Notes: generated by a model from the sequence alone, not told the origin. Positions 45,656-59,157 are shown, numbered from the stretch's first letter. The stretch is 64,000 bases of DNA from Nemertoderma westbladi (GCA_032718475.1 JAUCBJ010002007.1:58835-122834); one strand, 5' to 3'. Numbers and translations: made by a program.

Positions 45656-46590
45656 GTCATTTGTGACAGAATTTAAGTCATAACTGCATTTCCAAATGCC
45701 CCACCTAATATGTGAATTTATAGGTGATAGGCGATCTTTTAATGCTTTGTTAACGTCACTGGTTGAATCAGGGTAAACCGCAGTTGAATATATCAGGAAG
45801 CTACCGGTATTTGTTTTTATGCTGTTTTACAACATGTAAAACTGTGTTTACAACAAGTGTTTTACACTTGTTGATGTCTGTCACTGGAAGCATCAGCAAT
45901 ATGCAAATCTCTTTCTATTATTGGATTTACTTAAACTCATTTTATCACTTATTTAGGCCCTGAGGTACAGTAGTACTGTACTGAGTACACCCAGTGTGTG
46001 AGTATTACCACAGGTATGCCACTAAGTTTCTGATATAGCTGCACCGTTCAGTTGTTTAACTGAATAATGCCATAGGCCGTTCAGCATGATCCATGATAGT
46101 GTGAAAGAGCCCATTACCTTTTGCCTACAGCAGTAACCAGTAACAGAACCTACCGCTACTATGAACTCTACTACTAGGATCGGCATGCTGCATTGCAGCT
46201 GCATTTTTAAGAATGCTGTGCCGGCTTGTCAACAAAATTGCACCGCCACAACTCCCTATCACCCATGACATTTGCTAGATCATCCGCATCTTTAAGGCCA
46301 GTGTCCTTTAAGATGCGTCTCAAGAAAGTCATGGGCTGTCCACCATGCTTATTCACTCCATGAGGCTGCCAAAGTACAAGATTATGCACTGGCTGGTCCT
46401 CACGGCGAAAGCAATGTCCTGCAACTATGAACTCACAGACAGTCAGACTACACCAAATACAGAAATATTGACATATTGTCTTATTGTGGATTGAAGTAGG
46501 GTCTAAGTGTAAAACTGTTATAAGCTGATCTGGTAGTAATAGGCTGATAGGTCTACAGGTATACGCCTACCTGCGACCTAAATACTGGTA
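45656..46590 (+). repeat. Dispersed repeat, copy 2, interrupted by a LINE fragment
   Basis: Collinear with 28494-29165. Confidence 0.85.
46169..46423 (-). mobile_element. 5'-truncated RTE-like LINE (255 bp)
   Basis: GHCFRREDQPVHNLVLWQP...LKDTGL....LANVMGDRELWR; short (TAG)n tail; 11-bp TSD ACTATGAACTC at 46158-46168 and 46424-46434. Confidence 0.85.
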
Positions 46591-48293
46591 CATACAGTCT
46601 TGTTCACAATTAAAATCCATTCTTCAATCTCCATCAATCTCAGTCAATCTAGTCCCATAGAAAAATAATAGTTAGATTGATGAAATTGAACCTACTTTCA
46701 ACTTCTTCAATCCAGACTTTCTGTCTAGATTGATCAGATTTAACGGATTGAAAATGTAGAGCCGAAGTATCCCTCTGTGCAGAGATGCCATGGTTAGTAG
46801 GGCAGGCTTATCCATACCTAAAGGAATAAAGAGCAGGGCGGCTAGGCGGGTAGACTAAGCTCAAAGAGCAGGGCGGCTACTTCAAACATCTATAGGCCAG
46901 GCTACTATTGGAATCCCGCAGAGCTTGAGAGTGATTGACAGGCACAGTAACAATACAGATGGTGTATGGTGACTTTCTGAATTGCAGTTTCAGTACACCT
47001 GCCGTCTGCAGAAGTTATTGTCCAATTTCTCCTTTCCACTCCAACTCCATAAGTCAACATGGCATGGCCTTGTGTAACAATGCCACTAATGAAATGGGCC
47101 GCACTTTTGCCGCCTAGTTGAATTAATGTGCTGCCCTTCCCTGTCAAGCCAGGAATGCCTTTATAAATTTAATCAAGCTACAGTCATACTGATAAATATT
47201 TTCCACTTTATATAAATAAACAAATTTAAAAGCAGAATCAATATTCTTAATTTTCTGAAACTAAAGAAACCGAATGTCCTAACATTCGTTTCTCAGTTAG
47301 TTTAACGGTTATGTCCTTGTCGTCCAAACCTTTGTTACTTTGTTTAACCGCTATATTCCACCACATTCGTTATATAGACTTGAGGCACCTCCGCAGGGCT
47401 AATTAGATTGCAGGGAGTAGGAAATGCCCCCCCCCCCCCCCCGCGTTTGGCCGCCACGTGCAGTAGGCCCGGACATGCCATGGCCATGGTGGTTAATACA
47501 TCGTATTCTACGTACCTATTGAATGTCTAGAAATCGCCGTGTAGACTGCACAAACTGTGTAACGAGTTAACGAGTATCATAATAACCCCCTTGCTTAGTT
47601 AGACAATAGCCTATGCAGCAAGAGGGAATTGATAAGTACAGTAGTAACGTTTTCTGTGGGCCGCATACCCGCATGTATAGATAGAGAGATGTGAGTGTAG
47701 GAAGTAAAGTTAGGCATGGGCGGGGGCGGTTACATTAGGTAGGTTAAATATAATTTTCACTCAGCGCAGTTCGCACTAAAGCGTCTATCGATTATGTTGC
47801 CATTTTTTGTTACTTGTCGTTTCCCACCCTCCGCTCCCTTGCAATCAATATTAAAACAGACCCCTGCGGCAGCGCCCCTGCGAATGTTTGATAGATTGAT
47901 TGTTACCTATAAATAATATTCAAACAAAAAAATAATTGTTCTTGTTCATAATTAATTATATTTATGGAATGATCTCTTTATTAGCTAGACCAAAATGTAA
48001 TCATAGTGAGTAAAACATTTAATTTGTAACAGTTATAAATAATTATGCTTACTACATGTACTTTATTTGCTTGCAACTGCCCCAGAATTATCTGATCCCT
48101 GCAATAATCGCACAGTTCTCCAGTCAATAATAATTAAGAATCTCTAAAAAAAAACCCACCACCAGAACAACCTATCAAATGCAATAAATAACAGACAGAC
48201 AATTAAAATTTGATGTGGGAAATTTAAACTGTAAAACATATCGTCCAACCTATACACCTACAACTACACCCAACCAACCGACCAGCCACCTGG

Positions 48294-49020
48294 CTACGGC
48301 TGTGAAGGTAGGCCGGCCCCATCCTCCTGTCCCAGGCCGCTGCGCCACTTGGTGCGCCACCCGCGCAGGCAGTGGGAGGTCCCACGGATAACCGCAAACA
48401 GTACTTGCGAGTGTACCCAACCCATGACGGACGAGTAAGGCTTACCCCACGAGCGGTGCAATCTGTCCACGATTATCCGCAGGAATCTGTTCGCCTGCGG
48501 GGCCAACACACCATCGCAGGAAACCACGAAAGGCGAGAAGTCTCTACGACAAGCGGTTACTGCGGCTAAATAAAGCCGTTTCTTCTCGTCTTCCGCGGAT
48601 TCCAACATGGACATGGAGGCGCGGTTAACGTACGACCCGGCGTCAAGTTTGGTTGATCGAATACCAAACAACGCCTGAGCCTGTATGTTAAACGCGCCCC
48701 ACACCCCCACGTCACACCGCAGCCCAGCCACGTCTCCCCCCTCCAGCTGCTCCCGCACCACGGGCTCCAACTTGGCATTGCGTGGCCCGAACGCGAGCGC
48801 AGCGAGATCGCCAAAGGTGTCCTGCAATTCGTTGGGACGTTGGATCACGAGGCCGCCCTTCTTGCAGTTCAACCCATGGTTCAGGTCGAACGCAGCCCCA
48901 CACCCATCACAACGGCTCAGCACTCCCAGGAGGGGTCTACCGTACCGCACTGCCAGACCGTCACGGAACTCCTGTGGAGACAGGTCGTAATGGTGTTCAG
49001 TCAGTGGGAGATTCGACGTC
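48294..49020 (-). pseudogene. 3' portion of a CRE-type non-LTR retrotransposon (Zn knuckle + restriction-like endonuclease)
   Basis: LSPQEFRDGLAVRYG, CDGC...H..NCKKGG, LRCDV, AEDEKKRLY, FSPFVVSCDG, IRGTSHCLRG. Confidence 0.88.
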
Positions 49021-49759
49021 CAGCTGCCGGTTTTAAACTTAGTTTTAAACTTTTAAACCAACGGCTCTATTTTGGGGAGCCAAGGTAATTATGTTTTATA
49101 TATAAAAGGAGCCCACTCCTTTGGAAATAAGCTGCAAAGCTTTAGGGGTAATCCTATATGTTATGTTGGTATATACCTATACAATGTTTGGTGTATTTGT
49201 TGGGGGTTTGTACATAATATATAAATAAATCTATCTATCTATATCTGAAGAGAAACTTAATGACGATGAGTTATATCAATCTGTGACTGAATATTATGCT
49301 TCTACTGGTTTCCATACACTAAGGTTTTATATATGGAGTTCCCCTTTGTGAATCATAGCACTGAACTGAATGATAATAATACTTATTTCTAATACAGGTA
49401 CTGTTAGTCCAAGTAATGCTGATAATAATTATATCGCTGGCGAAATTCCTATTGCTGTGGAAAACTCTGGCAGCAATAACGTTATTGAAGTTCCTACACT
49501 TGATGTTGTTGATTCGAGATATGTACTTCGCCCTCGAACCACTGTAAGAGCACCACATAGATTTGGATATTATGATAGTGGTAGCGATGCCATTGAAGAA
49601 GGTGAAGGAGAAGTTTATGAGTTCAGTTCCAGTACCGCAAACACATGACTATTTTATTAATATATTTCCCAACATTAAATCCATTATGGATATCTACGTA
49701 AGTAAATAAGGCTACTGTGCTGTCTGTGATGAGCCTGCTGTCATTGGCAATCCCAAACG

Positions 49760-50045
49760 ATGCGAATGAAAATCAGTCTGAGATATTTACAACAGTTTGT
49801 TCGTGCCCAAAGTGAAGTTAGCATTCAGCAGTTTCTACTATTTGTAACCGGTTCTGACATAATTAATGTGGAGAAAATTGACATAATGTTTATGAAGCCA
49901 GATGATGCCGGGAGCGATGCCCAGTCGCCCATACCTGTGGACCAGTTCTAGAACTACCATCAATGTACAAGGTGACAGACATCTGCAACAGGAATTCGAA
50001 TCAATAATTAACAACCCCAAAACTTTGCTTTTCAATATTGTGTAA
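49760..50045 (+). pseudogene. HECT domain C-lobe fragment (G2E3-like)
   Basis: FLLFVTGSD followed, after a frameshift, by RCPVAHTCGPVLELP (HECT catalytic HTC motif). Confidence 0.75.
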
Positions 50046-50547
50046 TTGTCATATGTTGTTATTTTAGTAGAATTAGTAGTTTTCGCGTTATTGTTTGTGT
50101 TATAGTTTTTTTTTATTATGCTGCAACAGTCGTGGCTATCTCTTATTCCATTTATTAGAAATATCAAAGTTTAAACGTTTAGATTATTAACTTCTTTTGA
50201 TTTAAATTTCAGTTAACCATGGGGTGGATGGGAGATAATTTTGGCCGTGGGGCCATTGAACAAAAATATATACAATTAATTATATATAAACTAAAATATA
50301 TAGTTTTACTGAACATGGAACTACTGAACACGATGTAGGTTGGATAGATGGATTTCCTTGATAGGCAACTTATAATAATTGTATAAAATCGGCTGTGCAA
50401 TGTGCATCCATAGTGGATAATTTCATTGGAAAGGACCTATCTCATATATTGCAGTTCCAATTTCGATACTGGCAAATCCAAAGAAGGGTCTAGTTTCCCA
50501 TAATCATAAGGATTATAATAAAGTACATCAGTTATTCCTCCTGGAAA

Positions 50548-51004
50548 TTATATTTTCCTATTCTTTTGCATGCGGTGTATATACCATGTCAATACAAAAC
50601 TATCCAATTCATCTTGGATGATCCTAAAAAAAACTTGAACGTTTAGTTTATCTATTGTGTTATATATGCCACTATCGACCATGCCTTGAAATATATCCAT
50701 CAGTTCTTGCACAGTATTAGCTCTGAGGTCTCGCCATAACCTTTCAATGCGAATATTATAGACTGAGCTGCCAATTATCACTGGGGTATCTCTTCGCCAG
50801 TCGTCACACAATAATCTGAGTTTTTTGTGTACACGTATAATATCGACATTTTCTGTGCCAGCATCGACTAGAATAAGGTTAGGCAGACGCTTAATGCAAA
50901 GCAATAGATCAAAATAAGCATATATATCTAGCTACCTTGGGATTATTGTTAGTAGGTAACACTTTTAACCAAAATACTTTACGAGAGAACCCATCGATGG
51001 CACC
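50548..51004 (-). pseudogene. IS3EU-like integrase-core transposase fragment
   Basis: GAIDGFSRKVFWLKV..TNNNP; VDAGTEN; GSSVYNIRIERLWRDL; frameshifted. Confidence 0.75.
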
Positions 51005-51540
51005 TAGTCAGATCGAATTGACTTTTAAATACAGTATAATATTAATATAATATATTAGTAAAAAAGTAAAAAAAATTTTCTTAGATTTTTTTTACCGAAA
51101 GTAAAAAAAAGAGGTACGATAAATAACTGCCATTAAAAACATAAAATTAAGTAATTAAACAATAAACGAGAGTTAAGAATAAGTTACATTTTCTTTTCAA
51201 AAAAAAAATATTTTTTTCATATTTTTTTATTGGCAGGACTGGTGTAAACATTGAAATGAAAAAAGTTTCTTGGATCAATACAAGGATAATGTCAATACTA
51301 TTATTTATAAAATATTGTATTTGCAAATTAATTAGGCACTCAAAATGCCATATATCGGCTTAAATTACATTTTGCTGTAAATCCTTCAAATTAGTTTCTT
51401 AGAATTGCTTTGGGAACATCTGTACCAAATTTCATGAAAACACACTATGTCGAAATCGAAAATGGCGTGCATATTCGGATTCAGCACACCAAAATGTACC
51501 TAAATAGTATATTTTATTTTATTATTTTATTTTATAGTAC

Positions 51541-51600
51541 TTTTTTTATTTGTCTGTCATACTTACACAAAGTGTAGGTATGACAGACAGATAAAAAAAG
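51541..51600. repeat. 60-bp near-perfect palindrome
   Basis: TTTTTTAT.TGTCTGTCATAC.TACAC-AAA-GTGTA.GTATGACAGACA.ATAAAAAA. Confidence 0.85.
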
Positions 51601-51608
51601 TCAGTTAA

Positions 51609-53152
51609 CCTCCCTGCACTGTTGGGGTACTATAGTACCCCACAGCCACTTTGAGTAGCTCGTGCTCAGAGTTGCCAGCCTCTTAGAAGCTGGTCTTCTA
51701 GGAATGCCTGCACCATATAGGGGTCTTTCATAATATATTTACGTTTTTTGAAAAATATTTATTATTTTGACATATTTTTAGTTCAACCTCCTACTATGCT
51801 TTGGGGTACTATAGTACCCCAGTACTAAATCTATTGTACTGTAGACTGTAGTCCTGATATTGATATCAGTATATGGGTAGGTACTGTACGGTACCGGTAC
51901 ATAGCCATTGTACAGTTGTATGTTAGCCTGATAGTAGGTATGTACCGGTACTGTATTGTAGCTGAACTGTATTTTACTGTATTCTGCCTACAATTCATTT
52001 TGTGTTTGGATGGATTTGTTCCCTGAATGGAATGACAAGCAGAAGATGCAGAGGAGACGTTTATTCCTAGAACACCTTGGGCGAGAACTTGTTACACCTC
52101 ATATAGAATCCCGAGCAGTTCTTCCCCGGTCTGCACAAGCCGCCACCCTGGTTAGAGATATTCAAGGGACATCATCATCTCCTTCAACAGACAGTCAATG
52201 TCCAACTGTTTCTGATTCAATCGCAGATTCCAGGAAGTCAAAGAAACGGCGCTGCGAGGAATGTCATCGTGAGGACGACGTGAAATCGTCAATGAGTTGC
52301 TGCAAATGCCATAAATGTATATGTGTGAGGCACGCATATTCAGTTTGTTACAACTGCAAACCATAAGGATTGACTCGTATATTTGCCTACTACACTATAG
52401 GCCTACAATATATCTATTGTTATTCTGCAAATATAATATTTCTATCTGTACCTACACTACATTTATTACCGGTATGTATATTGTATATTGGACTATTATG
52501 TAGGGTAATACATTCCTGGGGCCTATATTTTACTGTATATAATACTTAATATATTGTATTATCCCATGTTTTATTATATTTGTGATTGCTTTGAATGTAC
52601 GGGCCCAGGTCACCCTACATTCCTTACTACAACTCCAGTTTTATTATATTTCATGTTTCTCTATGTACTGTAAGTTGCATGTATCAGTATTTGCCTATAT
52701 ATTATCTGAATACTACTATTGTCTTATTGTCTATATAGATATATATATAACACACTGTTTTAGATAAATGATGCAGTTTTTTTGAAAACCTAAATTTGCC
52801 TGACACCAGACTAAATGATTATACCTGCATGGCACGTGACAAAACTTACAGATGGTCTATCTACTATACAATACAACGAGTTTACCAAGTTTGGTGCGAT
52901 TTCGGCAAGCCATTATGGATAAATTGACATTGAAATATTTGACAGACACTCGAACTGACAAACAGACAGACATACACTACTTGGCACTCATGGAATGGCA
53001 TAAAAACACTAGCTGATAACTAAACATGGTTCACACAAGGTAATTACCTAGACTTATCATACATTTGTTATTGAAATTATGGTAAATTAGTGTGGGGTAT
53101 TATAGTACCCCAAGCACTGTAGATGTGTATTGAAACGAACAATGCAGGAAGG
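51609..53152 (+). mobile_element. Internally deleted piggyBac
   Basis: TTAA|CCTCCCTGCACTGTT ... AACAATGCAGGAAGG|TTAA; palindrome GGGGTA(C/T)TATAGTACCCC occurs three times. Confidence 0.9.
52010..52366 (+). pseudogene. piggyBac transposase C-terminal remnant with Cys-rich domain
   Basis: RRLFLEHLGRELVTPHI..R; RRCEEC...CCKCHKCICVRH....CYNC. Confidence 0.85.
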
Positions 53153-54073
53153 TTAAATGACCGTCTTTTTGAAAGTCTGAGCTGTACCGTCAACACCCAA
53201 ATATGGGCATACTTTTCAAATTTGACCATCTAGTGCATTCAAGATTTACAAATTTCCAGATATTAAATAAGTCTGTATATCCACAATTATATTGGCTATA
53301 AGACCTATTTTTTCAATTTTCGGAGTCAGCGCTCCGAAAATATATATTTTTTTTAATTTAAAAGTGCCCATATTAGGGAAAAAAAATATATTCCCCAAAT
53401 ACGGGCACTTAACATTGTATTTCATTTGAATTAGTTAGTACCGTTTCTCGCCTCAAAATGCCCCCTAATATAGTGCCATTCGCAGCTGCATAGACATTAC
53501 ATACTTTAAATTACACCCTAATATGGGCACTTTCCGAATTTTTAAAAAAATTCACATTTGAACTGTTTCAAAATAACAGTTAAAATGTTAAAACATAACA
53601 ACAACAATGAACACATTAATGATATTAATATTATTATATTATATTATTATTATTACACATTATTATTATATTGAATTGCATTTAAAATTGTAATTAAATT
53701 ATATACATTTAAAATTCTACAACAGGTGTATTTTTTTAAAGAAAGATACGCCCCCGTGCGGGGCAAATATATTAGCTCATTTGTCAGGGTAGAATCAACA
53801 GTGAATATATGGAATAAATTTACATACAGTGCACAAATTATACGAGTATAATACAGGAAATAGTATCTATCAGTATTTATGGTACAGTAATCTAAGAGTC
53901 TCAATTAATTTAATATATAACATATCATTAAAAGCGCAAATAATAAAAACAGTTTATTCTCAACCAACATAATATAAAATATATATTTTTATTATATAAA
54001 AATTTTCAGTAAAATTGAGTGTGGGATAGATTATGAAAAATATAAAGGTTTACAAAGTTAAATTATTCGTTTG

Positions 54074-54680
54074 CTAGTGCGGAGAGAGATGGAGATGAGG
54101 AGCATGATACCACGTGGTACTTTTCTTTGCAACTGAGGTTTCAGAATTTGCAAACACAAGAGACGGAGCGGTCATGGAAAGGGCGAGTGTTGGTGCAAAG
54201 CTTGTGATGAAAACCATGTGAGGTGGTTCTTGTGATGACGTGACGGTTTTTCTGTCCGGTTCTTCTCCATGCGGTGTTGGAAAACGCAGGGCCATTAAGA
54301 AAACCTTCAGCAATGAAAGCGTTCTGGCGTTCGGTTCTGAAGACTTTGTATTGTGAAATGGAATCGGAGTTGAACGAGTTCGGGAATTTAAGTAGAGTAG
54401 TCTCAGTGAGGGTTTTCTCGCCGACAAGGTTGTGAGCCAGGGTTGATGAGGCATTTAGTGGCAAGCCAAGCATTTTCTTCAAAAATGAAGATTTTATCAC
54501 GTCTATGTTCTTTAGGTGTTTCAATTTTAAATATTTACCAAAAGTGGAGATTGCATAGAGGGCTTTTGGGGCTACTTTACTGTTAAAAATTTTCAGCCCA
54601 GTATCTACAGATAGTAGTGGTAATACAGATAGCGTCCTATCAAGCTATAGCACTGACGTTTCTTTAGGTCTATGTGCTAA
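54074..54680 (-). pseudogene. 3' fragment of a non-LTR retrotransposon nested in the pogo element
   Basis: LSVDTGLKIFNSKVAPKALYA; IDVIKSSFLKKMLGL; RHVITR...HGFHHKLC...CVCKF. Confidence 0.7.
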
Positions 54681-54983
54681 CAGGTGTATTTTACTGTATT
54701 TTGCTGTATTTTACAGACTGCTCTAACAGGTGTATTTTACGATACTGCATTTAAAGATACCGTATTTGATATTGCATAGATAGATATTGCATTTAAAGAT
54801 ACTGCATTTAAATGGATGTTTAAGATACTGACTGAATTTAAAGAAAGATCATAGCCTAACCAAAACATAACAAAACATTTCAAAAAATATGAGAAGGAGA
54901 ACAAACAATAACAAATACCTAAACAAAACAAAACAACGCTGAACGCATGAGTTTAATACACAGTATATAGTGGTACCTCAAAA

Positions 54984-57531
54984 TTAGCCACAAAATGTTT
55001 TGCAAATATCACAAATATAATCTTCCTCAGCTTCAATATATGTTGATGCAATGCACCGATCACACGCCCACCTTGAACATATATCACAGCCAGCCCAGTC
55101 TGTATCTCTGCCTTGACCATCATCACCACAAATGTAACAGATTGATTCGTCAATGTCGGAGTCAGAATCAATTATTGAACTATGGGCTTTACCCTTTCCA
55201 CATCCCTTAGCCTTAGTAGTACTGGCTTTCTTTTTGTTTTCTTTCTCTTGCAGTTTGCACATTTTCTTTGCTTGGATTTCCTCGACTCGACGTTGCTCAG
55301 CCTCCATTCCACTGAATACTTCGTCAGAAGTTAGAACTCGCGCTTTTGTCTATAAATGTATTGGCTGCTTTTTTCCCTGAGGAATGTAATCAACTGCAGG
55401 TTGAAAAACGCTAGCATAGCTCTCTGAGATTACACCATATGTAACCAAGGGATTCTGCAGAACTGATGTCAGATGACCAGAATTTGAAAGTCCACTGGAA
55501 CCCGGACGTGGACCTAGTCCAGTTGACGTTGATGGAATAGTGTAAGGTATTGGTATAACTGGTCTCTCTGAGACTTGTGGTTGCTGAAAGATGGGAGCGA
55601 TAAGCTGATCATTCCATAATTGTGATGAATTGTCAAGTGGATGATGACAGGACTCAGCAGTCGTGACAGTGCATGTTATAGAACTTGAAAGTCTACTGGA
55701 ACCTGGATGTGGACCTAGTCCAGTTGAGGTTGATGGAATAGTGTAAGGTATTGGTATAACTGGTCTCTCTGAGACTTGTGGTTGCTGAAAGATGGGAGCG
55801 ATAAGCTGATCATTCCATAATTGTGATGAATTGTAAAGTGGATGATGACAGGACTCAGCAGTCGTGACAGTGCATGTTATAGAACTTGAAAGTCTACTGG
55901 AACCTGGATATGGACCTAGTGCAGTTGAGGTTGATGGAATAGTGTATGGTATAACTGGTCCCACTGCATGTGATTGCTGAAAGTTGGGAGTGATGAGCTG
56001 ATCATTCAATAGTTGTGATGAATTGCCAAGTGGATGATGACAGGATTCATCAGTAGTGACAGTAGATGTTATAGAACTTGAAAGTCCACTGTAACCTGGA
56101 TTAGTGACTGTGGCAAGTTGATCGAGCTGATTAAGCTGATTCAGTAAGTTGATGTCAATTGGTGCTGAGATATCACCAGTAGTGCTTGAACGTGTTGAAA
56201 TCGATATCAGAGACGAGGATGCAGTAGTTGTTGTCACAGCAATGGTGCAGGTGGTTGACACAGAACTTCCAGTTGATATAGGCATCAAATCCACATCAGC
56301 ACTATCAATGAGGCCAGAGTGGATCAGCTGTGTCTTATCGATGCTGTTTGGATCGAATGGAACAAGTCCTGCTCCCCTAAACCCAGCTTTGATATTCTTT
56401 CATGTCATGGATTAATCTAATGGAATTCACAGCATCCGCGGTATATATGTTTTGGATATCCACAGTGATCCTCTCAAGCATTGCCCAATGTTTACAAGCT
56501 TTGACAGACAGGACTTGAAGCTCTTATACACTGCAACGTACAGTGGTTGCGTCACATGTGTAGAATTGGGAACGAAAGTAATTAGTAGAACATTGTTAAT
56601 ACGTGCCATACGAATTAGATCAACGTTCAAGTGTGGACCACAACTATCTAACGTCAGAATGTTGACAACGCCTTGTTTCTCGATCTTGTGCTTCAGGAAG
56701 AGCTTGGAGAAATATTTGACCACCAAGTCGTCATCTATAAACCCTGACTCAGACCGGCCATACACTGCTCCAACAGGTCCATTCTTGGCATAATTTCCAC
56801 CAGGAAAGGCACCCTTGAATATGATGAATGGTGGCATGTCATTCCCACTGGCATTAACAGTGCAGCCAGCACTTACATGTTCACCAATGCCAGCCTTCAG
56901 CTTTGTGGCGCGAGTTAATTTCTTCACTGGAATCACCACCTTCGTTGTGTCCTTTGACAGGTCTTTGGAAGTTTCATCAAAGTTCCACAAACAGTCGGGA
57001 TGGATAATATCCAGAAAACCACCTGGTTTTGAAACAGCTATGCCAGCATCAATCAATTCCTTTCTAACCATTCCGAAATAGTCACGGATATCATCAACTG
57101 TGACTGAAACTCGGCCTTTGTCCTGCCGTGCTGGATTTCTCAGCTTTAGATCAGGGTGACGCTTTATAAATCCTTGAAACCAGTGATATTGGTGCGAATG
57201 ATTATTATCAAACACGGGTGTATCATATTTCCCATGTCGAACATTGGCACACACAACGTGCATGTAACATTACTATCCCTGGTGTCATTGGGTACCCCCG
57301 TATTGCAACATACTCCACATACGCTGCTAGAGCTGATTCATCTTCCTCAGACAAGATCGTTGGAGCACCCAATTTGCAGTCAAGTGTTCCTTTCCCGTGG
57401 ACTCGATTTTGTAATGTAGTGCGAGGCACTCCCCAATCACGAGCAGCAGTTTTGATGGGTACTTTCTTGTTTATAACTTCATCGTAGGCTGCTAACATGT
57501 CTCGGTTATCCCACTGTCGCCTTTTTGCCAT
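54984..57531 (-). pseudogene. pogo transposase (HTH-psq, CENP-B-type HTH, DDE_1, repeat linker, C-terminal PHD-like finger), frameshifted
   Basis: AARDWGVPRTTL; WFQGFIKRHPDL; WNFDET; PPFIIFKG; LTLDS..PH; THVTQPLY (third catalytic D changed to Y); IKAGFRGAGLVPFD; CYIC...WAGCDICSRW...C...YICDIC. Confidence 0.9.
55480..56100. repeat. In-frame tandem repeat, 3 units (201, 201, 192 bp)
   Basis: GAA(C/T)TTGAAAGTC anchors at 55480, 55681, 55882 and 56074; encodes ESCHHPL..SSQL.NDQLI repeats. Confidence 0.9.
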
Positions 57532-58264
57532 AATAAAACTTCAATATATAACAGAATAAATAATACCAGAACAGATATTGTAATTTACAAAATAAAGAGA
57601 GGTGCCTATATTATGGTAACGTTTTTGATTGCTCATGATTCCTACCCAAAAACGGGCACCACGTACTAACTACAGAACGGAGTTGTTCTAAGGCCTAACC
57701 TATGTTGTTTCTGCAAGAAGTATATATTCAATATCTAAAAACACCACATTCAACTATGATGGACCTACAGAATTGTGATTCAGCCTATGGTGCAATAAAA
57801 TAGCCTACTGTCGCTCGAGATTTCAGGCGACAGAAAAGCATCAGCTGATTTTCCCCAACAATTTATTGCATCATTACAGGCCCCAGGTCAAATAGCTGTT
57901 GACTAAACTTAAAAAGGGCAGTGATTTTTTATGTCCTTTTATTTGACTTTTTTGTCTTTTTTTTTTACGAATTATGCATAATGACTTTTGTTGTCCTTTT
58001 AATGACTTTTATTGTCCTTTTAATGACTTTTTATGTATGTATTTCTTCAAACTGTCAGACTGCTGATTTCTGGACTGTCAGACAGTTGATTTCACTATGC
58101 CTGTGCCAAAACATTCCATGATTTATAGACTATGAGATAGATTTCCATATCCGCCTGTGGTAAAAAGACTCTATATTTAATAGTTTGTGGTTGTTGTCGA
58201 TAATCGATTACCACATGACGTAGCAAAACACTCATTTTATAGCCAAAAACAATTACCAATTGAT

Positions 58265-59157
58265 GGAAAGGAGCAGGTTAAGGCCGAGTTTTCTAATCAA
58301 AACAATAAACAGTCACTTTACCAAATCAGGGAAAGGAGCAGGTTACAGAGACGGGATTTTCTAACCAAAACAACAAACGATCACTTAACTAATTGAGGGA
58401 AAGGAGCAGGTTACAGAGACGGGATTTTCTAACCAAAACAATAAACGATCACTTAACTTATTGAGGGAAAGGAGCAGGGTACAGAGGCGGGATTTTCTAA
58501 CCAAAACAATAAACGATCATTTAACTAATTGAGGGAAATGGACAGGTTACAGAGGCGGAATTTTCTAACCAAAACAATAAACGATCACTTAACTAATTGA
58601 GGGAAAGGAGCAGGTTACAGAGGCGGGATTTTCTAACCAAAACAATAAACGATCATTTAACTAATTGAGGGAAAGGGGCAGGTTACAGAGGCAGGCCTTT
58701 CTAACCAAAACAATAAACAGTCACTTTACCAATTCAGGGAAAGGACCAGGTTACAGAGTCGGGATTTTCTAACCAAAACAATAAGCGATCATTTAACTAA
58801 TTGAGGGAAAGGGGCAGGTTACAGAGGCGGGATTTTCTAACCAAAACAATAAACGATCATTTAACTAATTGAGGGAAAGGAGCAGGTTACAGAGACGGGA
58901 TTTTCTAACCAAAACAATAAACGATAACATTACCAATTGAGAGAAAGGAGCAGGTTACAGAGGCGGGATTTTCTAACCAAAACAATAAACGATAACATTA
59001 CCAATTGAGGGAAAGGAGCAGGTTACAGAGGCGGGATTTTCTAACCAAAACAATAAACGATCACTTAACTAATTGAGGGAAAGGAGCAGGTTAAGGCCGG
59101 ATTTTCTAACCAAAACAATAAACAGTCACTTTACCAAATCAGGGGAAGGAGCAGGTT
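58265..59157. repeat. 68-bp satellite, ~13 copies, in the pogo 5' non-coding region
   Basis: GGGAAAGGAGCAGGTTACAGAGGCGGGATTTTCTAACCAAAACAATAAACGATCACTTAACTAATTGA units, e.g. at 58331 and 58399. Confidence 0.95.

Noticed and set aside
58265-59157. CRISPR-like 68-bp periodicity
   Set aside because: The whole unit repeats; there are no variable spacers.
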